Part shown: in pieces, positions 9,901 through 19,583 of the stretch | Position numbering within the stretch: the stretch's first letter is position 1 | Layout: the number at the start of each line of letters is the position of its first letter | From: Candidatus Nanohalarchaeota archaeon | Lineage (GTDB): Archaea; Nanohalarchaeota; Nanosalinia; Nanosalinales; Nanosalinaceae | Assembly (NCBI GenBank): GCA_022729235.1 | Contig: JALDAJ010000001.1 | Coordinates: forward strand, 416,001-480,000 | Direction: 5' to 3' | DNA: 64,000 bases | Notes under the pieces: generated by a model | The model's database searches: none | What the model saw: only the letters and a program-made list of their open reading frames with translations | Told to the model about the DNA's origin: nothing | Made by a program: the position numbers and the translations under genes

Positions 9901-11298
9901 TTGGTGTCCCGAGGGGATTATACAGTGAGGAAAGAACTAACTGAGTTTCTGGAATCGGGCACCAAGATAGATCTGACCAGCGGGAAAATCGGGAAGCCGT
10001 TGTTAGTGCTTTCTCTACCGGTTATAATAACGAATCTTCTGCAGACAGCGTACAACATCATTGATGTTTTCTGGCTGGGTCGTGTAAGCACGGATGCCCT
10101 GGCAGCTGTAGGGTTTGTATTTCCTGTGATATTCCTGCTTATATCTCTAGGCATAGGACTTTCGATAGCCGGAAGCATACTGGTTGCGCAGAACGAGGGT
10201 AGAGGAGACGGTGAGAGAGTGGAAAAGGCTGCGTCCCAGACGATTCTTTATATATCAGTATTCTCGGTGTTTACCGGGCTAGTAGGTTATTTTCTGGCTG
10301 AAACCATCATCACATTTCTCGGCGCGGAAGAGAGTGTTATCCCTCTTGCGACAGGGTACCTTGAGATAATATCACTAGGGATGATCGCATATTTCGGGTT
10401 CTCTGTATTCAGTTCTCTTATGAGGGGTTATGGGGACACGGTTACGCCGATGCTGATAATGGGAGGGTCGGTTCTCCTGAACATGGTGCTAGATCCTCTA
10501 CTGATTTTCGGGTGGAGTGTATTTCCTGAGTTAGGGGTGGAAGGTGCAGCCCTCGCAACTCTTATCAGCAGAGGGTTAGGGTTCGCGGTGGGTCTGTATA
10601 TTCTATTTACAGGAGTTAAAGGTCTGAGTATTTCCCTGGAAAGAATGAAGCCGGATATTGATTTTGCAAGAAAGACTCTGTCGCTAGGTGTTCCGGCAAG
10701 CATAGAGATTATGACGCGCGCATTGTCTGTCAACGCCATCCTCTTTATCGTCGGCATGTTTGCCACACCGGTGGTCGCGGCGTATGGTATAGTTATCCGG
10801 ATATACTCTGCGGTCTATCTTCCAAGTATAGCAGTTTCAAGAGGTGTTGAGACGATGACCGGTCAGAACATAGGTGCCGAGAAACCTGTTAGAGCGATTG
10901 AGGCTAACAGAATAGCTGCCAGATATACCTTTGGAATCCTGACCTTTTTCGGTATTTTCTGCTTATTATTCGCCACCCCGGTTCTCGGATTGTTTTCTAG
11001 TGATCCGGAAGTAATAGGTATCGGGTCAGAGTTTCTGATGATACTGGGTGTTTCGTTCGGTTTTGTAGGGATTAAGAGCACATACAACGGAGGGTTAAGA
11101 GGTCTTGGTAAGACAGCTTCCGCTGCGTTAATAGCTATAGTCTCACTTTGGCTAGTCAGGATACCTTTCGCCTACTTCTCAATCAGCTTCCTTGGTGAAA
11201 CCGGTATCTGGATTGCCTTTGCGCTGTCTAACTTTACCGGCGCGACCCTTGCGTACCTGTGGTTCCAGGGTAAGGGAAAGAAACTAACAGGTAAGTAA
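9901..11298 (+). CDS. MATE family efflux transporter
   Basis: About 12 TM segments; G.GD..TP, LDPLLIFG and LGVEGAALAT motifs; start uncertain. Confidence 0.93.
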   Translation: MVSRGDYTVRKELTEFLESGTKIDLTSGKIGKPLLVLSLPVIITNLLQTAYNIIDVFWLGRVSTDALAAVGFVFPVIFLLISLGIGLSIAGSILVAQNEGRGDGERVEKAASQTILYISVFSVFTGLVGYFLAETIITFLGAEESVIPLATGYLEIISLGMIAYFGFSVFSSLMRGYGDTVTPMLIMGGSVLLNMVLDPLLIFGWSVFPELGVEGAALATLISRGLGFAVGLYILFTGVKGLSISLERMKPDIDFARKTLSLGVPASIEIMTRALSVNAILFIVGMFATPVVAAYGIVIRIYSAVYLPSIAVSRGVETMTGQNIGAEKPVRAIEANRIAARYTFGILTFFGIFCLLFATPVLGLFSSDPEVIGIGSEFLMILGVSFGFVGIKSTYNGGLRGLGKTASAALIAIVSLWLVRIPFAYFSISFLGETGIWIAFALSNFTGATLAYLWFQGKGKKLTGK

Positions 11299-11524
11299 CT
11301 CCTGTCCTCACCGCAGCTGTTTTACCACACTCTGGTTTTGGGTATCGATTTTCTGGGAGGCGTGAAATATCTCACATTACGTGTTGTTTGATTTAGACGA
11401 ACATTCAATGTTTTTTAAAGGCTATTGTTCTGACTCTCAGGTTAATCCATAATTGCCGAGTGTTTGCTTTGGACGAACAACCTGTGTAAAATGGTAAAAA
11501 GAAGCGCCAGCAAGCAGTTCCTGT

Positions 11525-11761
11525 ATGAGGATAACAAGGATTCAGGACGACGGCGAGCGGTTCATTATTTACGGCGACGGCAGACTCCTGGACAAGCTGA
11601 GCGAGGTCTTCGGCCAGATGGCTTTAGGGGTCTCGGTCACGGAGTCCGAGAGAGGCGTGGCTAATATCCTCTACACGGAGAACAACCGGGATATCGTACT
11701 GCGTGTTTTGAGGGAGCGCACTGAGGGCGAGATGGGTGTTGCTAATCGAGATTCGTCTTGA
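11525..11761 (+). CDS. Small hypothetical protein
   Basis: 78-aa ATG ORF with host-like GC3-rich codons inside an otherwise AT-rich gap. Confidence 0.55.
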   Translation: MRITRIQDDGERFIIYGDGRLLDKLSEVFGQMALGVSVTESERGVANILYTENNRDIVLRVLRERTEGEMGVANRDSS

Positions 11762-12389
11762 CTCGGTCGTATGAGTGTTCAAACTGATTAAACACTCGCT
11801 GCTCTGTGAGGTCGGAATCGAGACAGTTTCTGAAAACTCTCTGGCACAAACCTTCTTTATACAGATATAGGTAAAATGCGTTTCTCAGTATATCCTTCTT
11901 GCTTCGGCAAGGGTAAACGAACCAGATAGGGTATATAATAAAGAAGGTATATTTTCTCGACCCAGGGACGAGTTTCTCATTCACTCGGTTTCATTATACC
12001 TTCTTTGTTCTGGAGTTTTGGCAAAAAATCAAGTTATTTGGAAAAATTCTGGCTGTTTGAGATCTGAAACTCTTCTGGTTCTGGGAGGTTTGTGTTACTT
12101 TCCATGTCCAAGGTATCGGATTTTATTGTGAGATCGAGGTACTTCGCCTACCTTTATTGGAGGGTGCTTTTTGCTGTTGTTGAGAGTTCGTGAGTGTTCG
12201 TTTTTTATGAACTCTCGTTAGTATCTATTTTACTGGCTGATGGTTACAAAGGATTTAAAATGTGTTTGACTGTTCGTTATTTCCGAACTAATTGGTGTTC
12301 GATGTTTCTGAACAATCTTTGATGCATGAGAGTGTTAGAGGGGGGGGCAAGGAGGCTAGAATTAAAAACAGTGCGTTGCGAACTGCTTA

Positions 12390-13106
12390 ATGATGGAGGA
12401 GTACATAGAAAGCAGGATAGAGGATGCGGATAAGGATGATACCGCGCTGACTAATGATGTCTACTTCACGGACGAAGGTACTGTAATCAAGATATATCCG
12501 AAGTATCCTCTGACCAGTATATACGCGTCATTTGTGAATTTTCTGGGTTTCAAGTTCAGTTACTTGGACCGCGAGACCAGGATGAGGAACGAGGTCGAGG
12601 TGAAAGAAGGTATAAGAGACGCAGGACTGAATGCTCCTGAGATAGTTTACCGGGGCGAGAGTGCCATAGAGTTTGGGAGAGTTCCGGGGGTTTCGGGCCG
12701 CGAGTACCTGAACTCGTGCAGTGAGGAGGAAGCGCGGGAACTCGGTGTAAAGGTGGGTGAATTCCTACCCTGTCTTCACGAAAAAGATATCGCGTTGAGA
12801 GATCTCAAAATCACTAATCTACTGGTGGATGAAGACTCGGGAATCTACCTAATTGACCACGAGTACGCAAGCCTTGACGCAGGGAAGGTATTCAAGGGGA
12901 TTGATTACCTGACTCTTTTTTCAAGCGCCCGCCAGACGTCACGTTACAGCGAGTTCAGGGAAGGTTTTCTGGAGGAAAACGGTGTTGGCAGGATGATACT
13001 GTTCTTCAGTATTCTGACTTCCATTGGTCATGCTTTACTGCTTGAAAGGAGCTGGGACAGGTTTATGAAAAGCTTGGCGAGCGTCAGCTCTGACTTGAGA
13101 GGGTGA
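12390..13106 (+). CDS. Protein-kinase-like phosphotransferase (Bud32/Kdo/APH-like)
   Basis: VIK, LH...I..RDLKITNLL and LIDHE motifs. Confidence 0.75.
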   Translation: MMEEYIESRIEDADKDDTALTNDVYFTDEGTVIKIYPKYPLTSIYASFVNFLGFKFSYLDRETRMRNEVEVKEGIRDAGLNAPEIVYRGESAIEFGRVPGVSGREYLNSCSEEEARELGVKVGEFLPCLHEKDIALRDLKITNLLVDEDSGIYLIDHEYASLDAGKVFKGIDYLTLFSSARQTSRYSEFREGFLEENGVGRMILFFSILTSIGHALLLERSWDRFMKSLASVSSDLRG

Positions 13107-13109
13107 TGT

Positions 13110-13613
13110 ATGATTTTCGGACTAGAGTCTTTAACTTACGGACTTCTACTGGATCTCGGGCTCCCGTTCCTTGTGATAGTATTTTTGCTTGAGGGTGCGC
13201 TACTCGGCAAGCTTCTGCCCACTGACTTTATACTTCCTGCGGCGGTGGTGATCTACGCGACCCAGACTCAACACTACTTTTCGCTTATTGCGCTAACAGC
13301 GATATCGTCTACAGCTGGTCAGTACTGGCTTTTCAAGCAAATCGGCAAGAAGGATAAAGAGTCGGTCCTGAACCATCGGTACATCAAGGTTTCGGATGAC
13401 AAACTGGATAAAGCCGAGGAAAAGTTCCAGAAGCACGGATTGAAGGCGGTACTGGTGTCTAACATGGTGCCGGGTATAAGAGGTTTCCTGACTATCCCTG
13501 CCGCACTTAACAACTCTGACGCAATGAAGTTCACACTATTCTCTGCGACAGGGACGATGGTATACCACACTGTACTGGTGGGTGTAGGGATAGGCTTAAT
13601 CTCTATTTTCTAG
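13110..13613 (+). CDS. DedA family membrane protein
   Basis: EG.....LP.D, F.KHG...V......PG.R....PA motifs. Confidence 0.85.
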   Translation: MIFGLESLTYGLLLDLGLPFLVIVFLLEGALLGKLLPTDFILPAAVVIYATQTQHYFSLIALTAISSTAGQYWLFKQIGKKDKESVLNHRYIKVSDDKLDKAEEKFQKHGLKAVLVSNMVPGIRGFLTIPAALNNSDAMKFTLFSATGTMVYHTVLVGVGIGLISIF

Positions 13614-13987
13614 GCACTTCTCGCGAGTATCTCGATCTCGTAGCCTTCAGGATCTTTCACAAAGGCATAGTTGCCAGGACATTCTTCCGGCGGGCGATAG
13701 TCTTCGCCTCCTGCTTCAACAGCTTTGTCATAAGCTTCCTGCAGTGACTGACCTTCCTCGGTATGAATGGCGATGTGCCCAAATCCTTCACCTTTCTCGT
13801 AACCGTCGTCTTTACCGTGGTTGTAGGTGAGCTCGATTTCTGCGGTCTGGTCTTCGCTACCGAGGAAGTAGAGTGTGAACGTGTCCATCTCTTTCTTTTC
13901 TCGAAGTTCGAAGCCGAACGCCTTCTTGTAGAACTCGATCATCTTTTCCGGCGAACCTGTCCGGAGCATGGTGTGCGCAAGTTTCAT
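13610..13987 (-). CDS. gloA: Glyoxalase I / VOC family protein
   Basis: HTMLR, FY...FG, ELTYN, GFGHIA, FVKDPEGYEIE. Confidence 0.85.
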   Translation of the reverse strand: MKLAHTMLRTGSPEKMIEFYKKAFGFELREKKEMDTFTLYFLGSEDQTAEIELTYNHGKDDGYEKGEGFGHIAIHTEEGQSLQEAYDKAVEAGGEDYRPPEECPGNYAFVKDPEGYEIEILARSA

Positions 13988-14024
13988 GTCTGCTAGTTAC
14001 TTTTCCAGAAATTTAACTTGAATG

Positions 14025-14408
14025 CTACATCGTGGTTACGATCGCTTTCTCGACCTTGCTATTTGTCTGGAGGGCTTCCCAGAACTCCTTAACGCGGTTT
14101 GCATCTCCCTGGACGATGAATGTCTGAAGGCATTTGTGATTGTCGAGGTGGCTGTGCATACGTGTCTTGATGACTTCCTCATGCCTGTGCTCGATATCCG
14201 AGACCTCGTCTAGGTCTCCTTCTCCGTGTGTCGCGGTCACAACGCAGTCGACGGTCCCGCTGAGCTCGCTTATGCTTTTCTTCTCTTCTATGAAGCTCCT
14301 GATAGCCGACCTAACGACCTCGCTTCTCCCCGAAAAGCCGAGCTCTTTTTCTATCTCTTCCAACGTGTCAAGCAGGTTCTCGTTCAGTGAAACGCTTACT
14401 ACGGGCAT
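14025..14408 (-). CDS. NikR-like ribbon-helix-helix metalloregulator
   Basis: VVSVSL...RSEVVR RHH domain; H...H.H.....C metal ligands. Confidence 0.85.
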   Translation of the reverse strand: MPVVSVSLNENLLDTLEEIEKELGFSGRSEVVRSAIRSFIEEKKSISELSGTVDCVVTATHGEGDLDEVSDIEHRHEEVIKTRMHSHLDNHKCLQTFIVQGDANRVKEFWEALQTNSKVEKAIVTTM

Positions 14409-14488
14409 AATGAGGTTTATTAATTCTTAATAATTATATATCCTTCTACCTCTCCTATGCGTATAGTATTGGCGGTTTAGGTACTGAA

Positions 14489-14515
14489 TATTAAACAGGT
14501 ATATAAGTCTTAATA
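14489..14515. promoter_or_regulatory. Putative operator TATTAA-N15-TTAATA spanning the znuA TATA box
   Basis: Perfect 6-bp inverted half-sites around TATATAAG, between the divergent regulator and znuA. Confidence 0.5.
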
Positions 14516-14533
14516 ATTTCAGTCTAGATTGTT

Positions 14534-15640
14534 ATGAAAATAAACAACTATATCACGCCCTTAGAAAACAAGCACGTCTTTGCTGTAGCAGCACTGCTTC
14601 TAGTCGGTGCTGCCGTCGGTATCGGTACAACCCTAGACCAAGACGGTGGTGAAAGCGACGATTTACAGGTAGTAGCGACTTTCTACCCGCTGTATGACAT
14701 AGGGCAGAATATCGGGGGTGATGAAGCGTCTTTCTCGACCCTCGTATCGCCAGGAACGGATCCTCACAGCTTTGATCCTTCTCCAAGAGACATCCAGGGA
14801 CTCAAGGATGCAGATATTTTCGTGGCGACAGGAGCCGAGTTCGAGGAGTGGGAGAAAGACATGGTTGAAGAAGTTAGAGACGACGCTGTCATAGTCGACC
14901 CTTCAGAGAGAATCGACCTGGTTCTGGCGGACGAGACACCCGACCCCCATCATGATCACGGACATGACCACGACGGCGATGACCAGGAACATCATGAGGA
15001 CGAGCATCACGATGAAGAAGAACATCATGATGAGCATCACGATGACGAGCACCACGGTGAGGAAGATCATCACGATGAACATCATGAGGACGAGCACCAT
15101 GGTGAACATGACCACAGCCACGGGCGTTATGACCCTCACTACTGGCTTTCACCACAGAACGCTATAGTTATCGCGGAAGAGATCGGTAAAGCGCTACAGG
15201 AAGTAGATGAAGAAAACGCTGAGCACTACAGCGAGAACCTTGAAAACTACGTCGGCGAACTTGAAGCGCTCGACCAGGAGTACGAGGAACGGCTTTCCGA
15301 CTGTGAACAGGATACTATCCTGATAACGCACCCTGCGTTCGCCTACCTCGGACAGGACTACGGGTTTAAGCAGGTACCTGTCTCGGGAATCGGTCACCTG
15401 ACGGAGCCGTCGCCACACGAGCTCCAGGACCTGGTCCGCGAGGCTGAAGAGCACGGACTGGAGTATATCTTCTACGACCCAGTTACTGAGGCGGATGCCG
15501 CGGAGACTATAGCCAGCGAGATCGACGCAGAAACACTTCCTCTACACAGCGTTGAGGCGGTAGAGAACCCGGAACAGGAAACCTACCTGTCGCTGATGGA
15601 GAAAAATCTGGAGAACCTTGAAACAGCGCTAGAGTGCTGA
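14534..15640 (+). CDS. znuA: Zn/Mn ABC substrate-binding protein with long His/acidic loop
   Basis: VVATFYP, DPHSF.P, DPHYWLSP, H.AF.Y motifs; HHDE-type repeats. Confidence 0.92.
   Translation: MKINNYITPLENKHVFAVAALLLVGAAVGIGTTLDQDGGESDDLQVVATFYPLYDIGQNIGGDEASFSTLVSPGTDPHSFDPSPRDIQGLKDADIFVATGAEFEEWEKDMVEEVRDDAVIVDPSERIDLVLADETPDPHHDHGHDHDGDDQEHHEDEHHDEEEHHDEHHDDEHHGEEDHHDEHHEDEHHGEHDHSHGRYDPHYWLSPQNAIVIAEEIGKALQEVDEENAEHYSENLENYVGELEALDQEYEERLSDCEQDTILITHPAFAYLGQDYGFKQVPVSGIGHLTEPSPHELQDLVREAEEHGLEYIFYDPVTEADAAETIASEIDAETLPLHSVEAVENPEQETYLSLMEKNLENLETALEC
14950..15121 (+). repeat. Degenerate coding tandem repeat (HH[DE]-rich loop of ZnuA)
   Basis: Recurrent GA(G/A)CA(T/C)CA(T/C)GA units about every 12-18 nt. 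Confidence 0.8.
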
Positions 15641-16365
15641 TGCAGAAGGCTATCCGGGCTTCTTCTCTTTCTTTCTCCTACCAGAAAGGACGCCCGGTGC
15701 TTGAAGACATAGACTTCGAAGTAGAGAGCGGAGACTTTCTCGGGATAGTCGGTCCGAACGGTTCGGGCAAGACAACTCTTATGCGGATAATACTGGGGTT
15801 GGAGAAGCCGGATGAGGGAGATGTAGAGGTTCTCGGAAAAGGTGTCAGTACTTTTGACGCGTGGGATAGGATAGGCTACGTACCGCAGAAATACGAGAGA
15901 GAACAGCATTTCCCGGCGACAGTAGAGGAAGTCCTTGAACTGGAAAAGATCCCGGAAGAACCCGATTTCGGCAGAGAAGATATAATAGATATGCTGGACC
16001 TCGAGAGTCTCCTTGGTGACAAGTTCATAGAGCTCTCAGGGGGTCAGCAGCAGAGAGTCATGGTTGCGCTCGCCCTCATCAAGAACCCTGAGATACTGAT
16101 ACTCGACGAACCGAGCGTCGGAGTGGACATACAGGCGCAGGAGGAGTTCTACGAGTTCCTTGACAGGCTTAACAGGGAGCACGGGGTAACGGTTATACTG
16201 ATATCGCACGATGTTGGGATGATATCTGAACACACGGACAAGGTCATGCTATTGAATCGTTCCGTCTGCTGCCAGGGAGAGACGGAGGAGTTGCCTGAGC
16301 TGATGGAGATGGCGTATGACGACGAGTTCAAAGTTTTCCACCACATGGGAGGTCATAGCCACTGA
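15640..16365 (+). CDS. znuC: Metal ABC transporter ATPase
   Basis: GPNGSGKTT, LSGGQ, ILDEP; ATG overlaps the znuA stop. Confidence 0.92.
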   Translation: MQKAIRASSLSFSYQKGRPVLEDIDFEVESGDFLGIVGPNGSGKTTLMRIILGLEKPDEGDVEVLGKGVSTFDAWDRIGYVPQKYEREQHFPATVEEVLELEKIPEEPDFGREDIIDMLDLESLLGDKFIELSGGQQQRVMVALALIKNPEILILDEPSVGVDIQAQEEFYEFLDRLNREHGVTVILISHDVGMISEHTDKVMLLNRSVCCQGETEELPELMEMAYDDEFKVFHHMGGHSH

Positions 16366-17162
16366 TGATAGTCGAAATGCTGCAGACGGGTTTCATGCAG
16401 AGAGCGCTCCTCGCAGGGATGATGATAGCTGTAGTGACTTCTACTCTAGGGGTTTTCCTGGTCTTGAGAAAGCTGTCGCTTATAGGAGATGGTCTGGCGC
16501 ACGCATCCTTCGGCGGTATCGCCATAGGTCTCCTCGTAGGTGTGAATGCATACATCACAGGTCTCGTGGTGGCGGTCCTCGGGTCGGTGGGTATACACCG
16601 CCTCATGGAGAGAGCGAAGGCTTACGGCGACTCCGCGATAGCACTCATACTTTCCACGGGAATGGCAGTGGCGGTTGTGATAATAAGCTACGTGGACGGC
16701 TTCACAGTCGATATTTTTTCTTACCTCTTCGGAAGCATCCTCATGACATCTAGACTCGATTTAGCCATCATAGCTGTGGTCCTGGCTGCGACTGTTGCAT
16801 ATACCGTACTTTTCTACAGACAACTGGTCTACTACAGCTTCAACAGGGAACTGGCGCAGATGCAGACGAACAGCAGGATGTCGCAGGACATATTTATCGT
16901 GCTGATAGCTCTCGCCGTCGTGATATCGATAAGAGCGGTCGGGATTCTTCTTGTAACCGCACTTGTAGTTGTTCCGCCCTTGACTGCGCTACAGGTGGCT
17001 GAGTCGTTCAAACAGGCGCTCATCTACTCTGTCACGGTAGGCGTTACATCCATGGTTCTCGGTATAATGCTGGCATACGTGCTGGATCTGGCGCCCAGCG
17101 GGGTGATAGTCCTCGTGATGGTGGGCTTCTTCCTGCTGACCCAGATATACGAGCTGTCTTGA
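16365..17162 (+). CDS. znuB: Metal ABC transporter permease
   Basis: GD.LAH, YLFGSI, VGILLV motifs. Confidence 0.92.
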   Translation: MIVEMLQTGFMQRALLAGMMIAVVTSTLGVFLVLRKLSLIGDGLAHASFGGIAIGLLVGVNAYITGLVVAVLGSVGIHRLMERAKAYGDSAIALILSTGMAVAVVIISYVDGFTVDIFSYLFGSILMTSRLDLAIIAVVLAATVAYTVLFYRQLVYYSFNRELAQMQTNSRMSQDIFIVLIALAVVISIRAVGILLVTALVVVPPLTALQVAESFKQALIYSVTVGVTSMVLGIMLAYVLDLAPSGVIVLVMVGFFLLTQIYELS

Positions 17163-17169
17163 AGTCTTT

Positions 17170-17679
17170 CTATCGACCTCTCGATCTCTCTGCATTCATC
17201 AGTAATAGACTAATCACGTTAGCGAGGACCCCAATTAGGGCTATAAAAATTATTGTTGCCTTGACCGCGGCCCCTCCCATAGCAGCCCATCCTCCATTAG
17301 GAGGAAGCTCATAGTACAGAAGAAATATCAGCATAGAACCTAAAGCCGCGAATATAATAACTGAGGAAGACGCAAGATGCACTCCAAGATATCTCTTATC
17401 AAGTCTCTTCCAGTGCTCTGATATTTTTTCCCTATATTTGACAGCGATCGCTGCAGATATCAGTGAAAATGCGCCGACAATAGAACCTGTCAAAACAGGA
17501 TATTCTACTATCGCAAAAATAGGCACAAACAAGATCATCAGAGCAGCAAATCCAGGAACAACATAAAACGTCAATGCCTCTTCCGGAAGGATTACTTCAG
17601 AAACGATAACTGTAGGTAGAAGTATTAACAGTAGAATAAGAGCATTGAAGCCGAGGAAAAACAACCATTTCCTGTTCAT
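17170..17679 (-). CDS. Hypothetical membrane protein
   Basis: About 5 hydrophobic helices; AT-rich. Confidence 0.6.
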   Translation of the reverse strand: MNRKWLFFLGFNALILLLILLPTVIVSEVILPEEALTFYVVPGFAALMILFVPIFAIVEYPVLTGSIVGAFSLISAAIAVKYREKISEHWKRLDKRYLGVHLASSSVIIFAALGSMLIFLLYYELPPNGGWAAMGGAAVKATIIFIALIGVLANVISLLLMNAERSRGR

Positions 17680-17770
17680 TGCTGACTTACTTGGATTTCA
17701 ATCCCTTTATTTAAGTATCTAACCGCATCTATAAGCAGGTTTGATATACTATCTTTGTTAAGACTTCTCT

Positions 17771-18244
17771 ATGGCGGAAAACAAGCACCCGTTTGTAGAT
17801 GAGGCGGCGAGAAAGTCATCGACCATCGTGACCAAAAACTCTCTTGCAATCCCGGAGGATCGTGAAAAGTACAAGTTAAGTGACAGGGCGTGGAACTGGG
17901 AGAAGATAGTCGACCTGTTCTTCCCACAAGAGCAGTCGCCGAGAAGGAACAAGTACGCAAAGATATTCTTGAGAGAGCTGAAGCAGGAAGGTGAAATAGA
18001 CTCCGAGAAGCTGAACTCTTTCGATGAGTGGGGTCATGAGAAGGGTAAGAGCAACCTGAAGAACCATATATTGCCCAAGCTAAGGAGGCTAGGTATCATA
18101 CAGTATGAGTACCTTGAGTACCGCGACCGGAGTGAGGGCAAGCAGGGTCGCCAGAAGGTTATCAAGCCCGCAAGGTCATTTACCTCGATGCTGGACGCTA
18201 TAGCAAACGGCTGGGCTGCTTTCGAGTCCGCGGCATATGAATAA
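17771..18244 (+). CDS. Hypothetical protein, possible winged helix
   Basis: Host-like codon use; IL.KL.RLGII helix-wing pattern. Confidence 0.65.
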   Translation: MAENKHPFVDEAARKSSTIVTKNSLAIPEDREKYKLSDRAWNWEKIVDLFFPQEQSPRRNKYAKIFLRELKQEGEIDSEKLNSFDEWGHEKGKSNLKNHILPKLRRLGIIQYEYLEYRDRSEGKQGRQKVIKPARSFTSMLDAIANGWAAFESAAYE

Positions 18245-18249
18245 CTCGG

Positions 18250-18665
18250 TATGATTTTCCGGAATCCCTGGGAAAGCAGAACCTCTAGAGGGAGAGGTTT
18301 CTCTTCGCGGAGCCGCGATTTTACAGCGCTGTGGCTGTAACTATATTCGCTTCTGCGTGAAGTCCGGTCTCCATTCGAGTGTTGTCGTATTCGCGTGCTT
18401 CAAGTTCGGCTTCGAAGTCTCGTGTGTTGGCGTCGATTGTGGGCACCTTTTCTGGCTGTGAGTGTTGGATGTCATGATAGGTTCCGGGGACGGGCACCAC
18501 CTAGTAAGCAGTACCCGTCTTTAGAAAGTTCCACGGTGTAGAGGCGGCAGAAACTTTCCCTGTTTTTTGTTGTTTTTCGCGGTCGGCGCAACCAGCTCCT
18601 TGCGGAGCCAAGGCGTCATCCCACTTTACTCAGCCAGAATAAACTTAATATGGGAAGCCTTGGCC
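18250..18665 (-). ncRNA. Candidate structured RNA / structured leader
   Basis: Several stems (18489-18519, 18524-18558, GCAA-loop hairpin 18594-18609, 18607-18664) whose mismatches resolve as G-U on the minus strand. Confidence 0.5.
18321..18500 (-). CDS. Small acidic ORF (59 aa from GTG, or 38 aa from ATC at 18437)
   Basis: ...DANTRDFEAELEAREYDNTRMETGLHAEANIVTATAL*; halophile-like composition; below the ORF-track cutoff. Confidence 0.4.
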   Translation of the reverse strand: MVPVPGTYHDIQHSQPEKVPTIDANTRDFEAELEAREYDNTRMETGLHAEANIVTATAL

Positions 18666-18745
18666 TTGGTAGCGTTATAATTAGGTCTCACTAGATCCAC
18701 TGACACGTTTCCAGTAAGCCATTGATTAGATTGAGCCAAGACCAT
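18626..18745 (-). CDS. Putative leaderless 39-aa upstream ORF
   Basis: TTTAAA box about 26 nt upstream of ATG; MVLAQSNQWLTGNVSVDLVRPNYNATKAKASHIKFILAE*. Confidence 0.35.
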   Translation of the reverse strand: MVLAQSNQWLTGNVSVDLVRPNYNATKAKASHIKFILAE

Positions 18746-18786
18746 TTCTATGGAAACCTTGGACTTCGAGGTTTAAAAGGGTACTG

Positions 18787-19542
18787 CTACCTGTTCACGT
18801 GCGGTCTGTACACATCGTCCGCTAGACGGCTATGAACCTCTTCAAGCAACTGTTTAAGGTTTCTGGCGTCGTACTGGTTGTAGTGTACAAGTTTTTCTAG
18901 CGCGTTTTCATCCCCCTGTTTTTCGTAGCGCTTCCAGAGTCTTATCGCTTCTCTACCGTCAACGTCCTCCAGCTCTCGGTTGATACCGAGTCGTGTCTCG
19001 ACCTCTTTCAGACCGCCAGAAATACCGAGGCGCCGGCAGAGGTACATCAAATCGATGTGCGGTGTTTCGATGTCAAGACCGAAGTTCTGCTCCAGGAACG
19101 GCTGGTCGAAGCGTTTCCCGTTGAAGGAGACTAGAACGCTGGAGTTGAAGATTTCCTCCTCTAGTCTTTCCCGGGTCAGGTTCTTTCCCTGTACCAGGGT
19201 CGTGTCGTCCCCGCCACGATAGAAACTAACTGTTGTCACCTTGTTTTTCTTTGCATCAAGTCCTGTGGTCTCGATGTCGAAGAAGCAGGCGTTCTCCTGG
19301 AAGTTACTGTAGAGTCGCCAGAGCTCTTTTGAAGGCAGTTTATCGCCGAAGAAGACGGTGTTGCCGACCTCCAGGTTTTTCTGTGCGCGTTCGAGAAAGC
19401 CGCAGACTTTTTCATGCCGGGTTCCGTTGATAACTCCGCATCCATGGAAGTCGTCCCAGTGCGTTATTCCCTGTTTCCAGAGCTTTTTTTCTGTTTTCTT
19501 TCCTATACCTGGTGCCAGAATAAAGCTGTTTTCAAGACGCAT
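18787..19542 (-). CDS. RNase H-like (YprB / RNase_H_2) exonuclease
   Basis: FFDIETTG, FNGKRFD.P, HIDL, GGLK.VE, YN..D motifs. Confidence 0.88.
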   Translation of the reverse strand: MRLENSFILAPGIGKKTEKKLWKQGITHWDDFHGCGVINGTRHEKVCGFLERAQKNLEVGNTVFFGDKLPSKELWRLYSNFQENACFFDIETTGLDAKKNKVTTVSFYRGGDDTTLVQGKNLTRERLEEEIFNSSVLVSFNGKRFDQPFLEQNFGLDIETPHIDLMYLCRRLGISGGLKEVETRLGINRELEDVDGREAIRLWKRYEKQGDENALEKLVHYNQYDARNLKQLLEEVHSRLADDVYRPHVNR

Positions 19543-19583
19543 TTGATAATAGAAGAAAAGTGAGGAGAGAAATAAAAACCTGA

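Noticed and set aside
11742-11984. 80-aa minus-strand ORF
   Set aside because: Atypical composition, no motif, no RBS; probably spurious
14950-15121. Repeat array resembling CRISPR
   Set aside because: Degenerate in-frame codon repeats encoding the ZnuA His-rich loop; no spacers and no cas genes
18250-18665. tmRNA, RNase P RNA or SRP RNA identity
   Set aside because: No tRNA-like acceptor/T-arm or CCA end, no GAGGAAAGUCC-type P4 motif, and no SRP helix-8 motif recognised; kept only as an unclassified structured RNA
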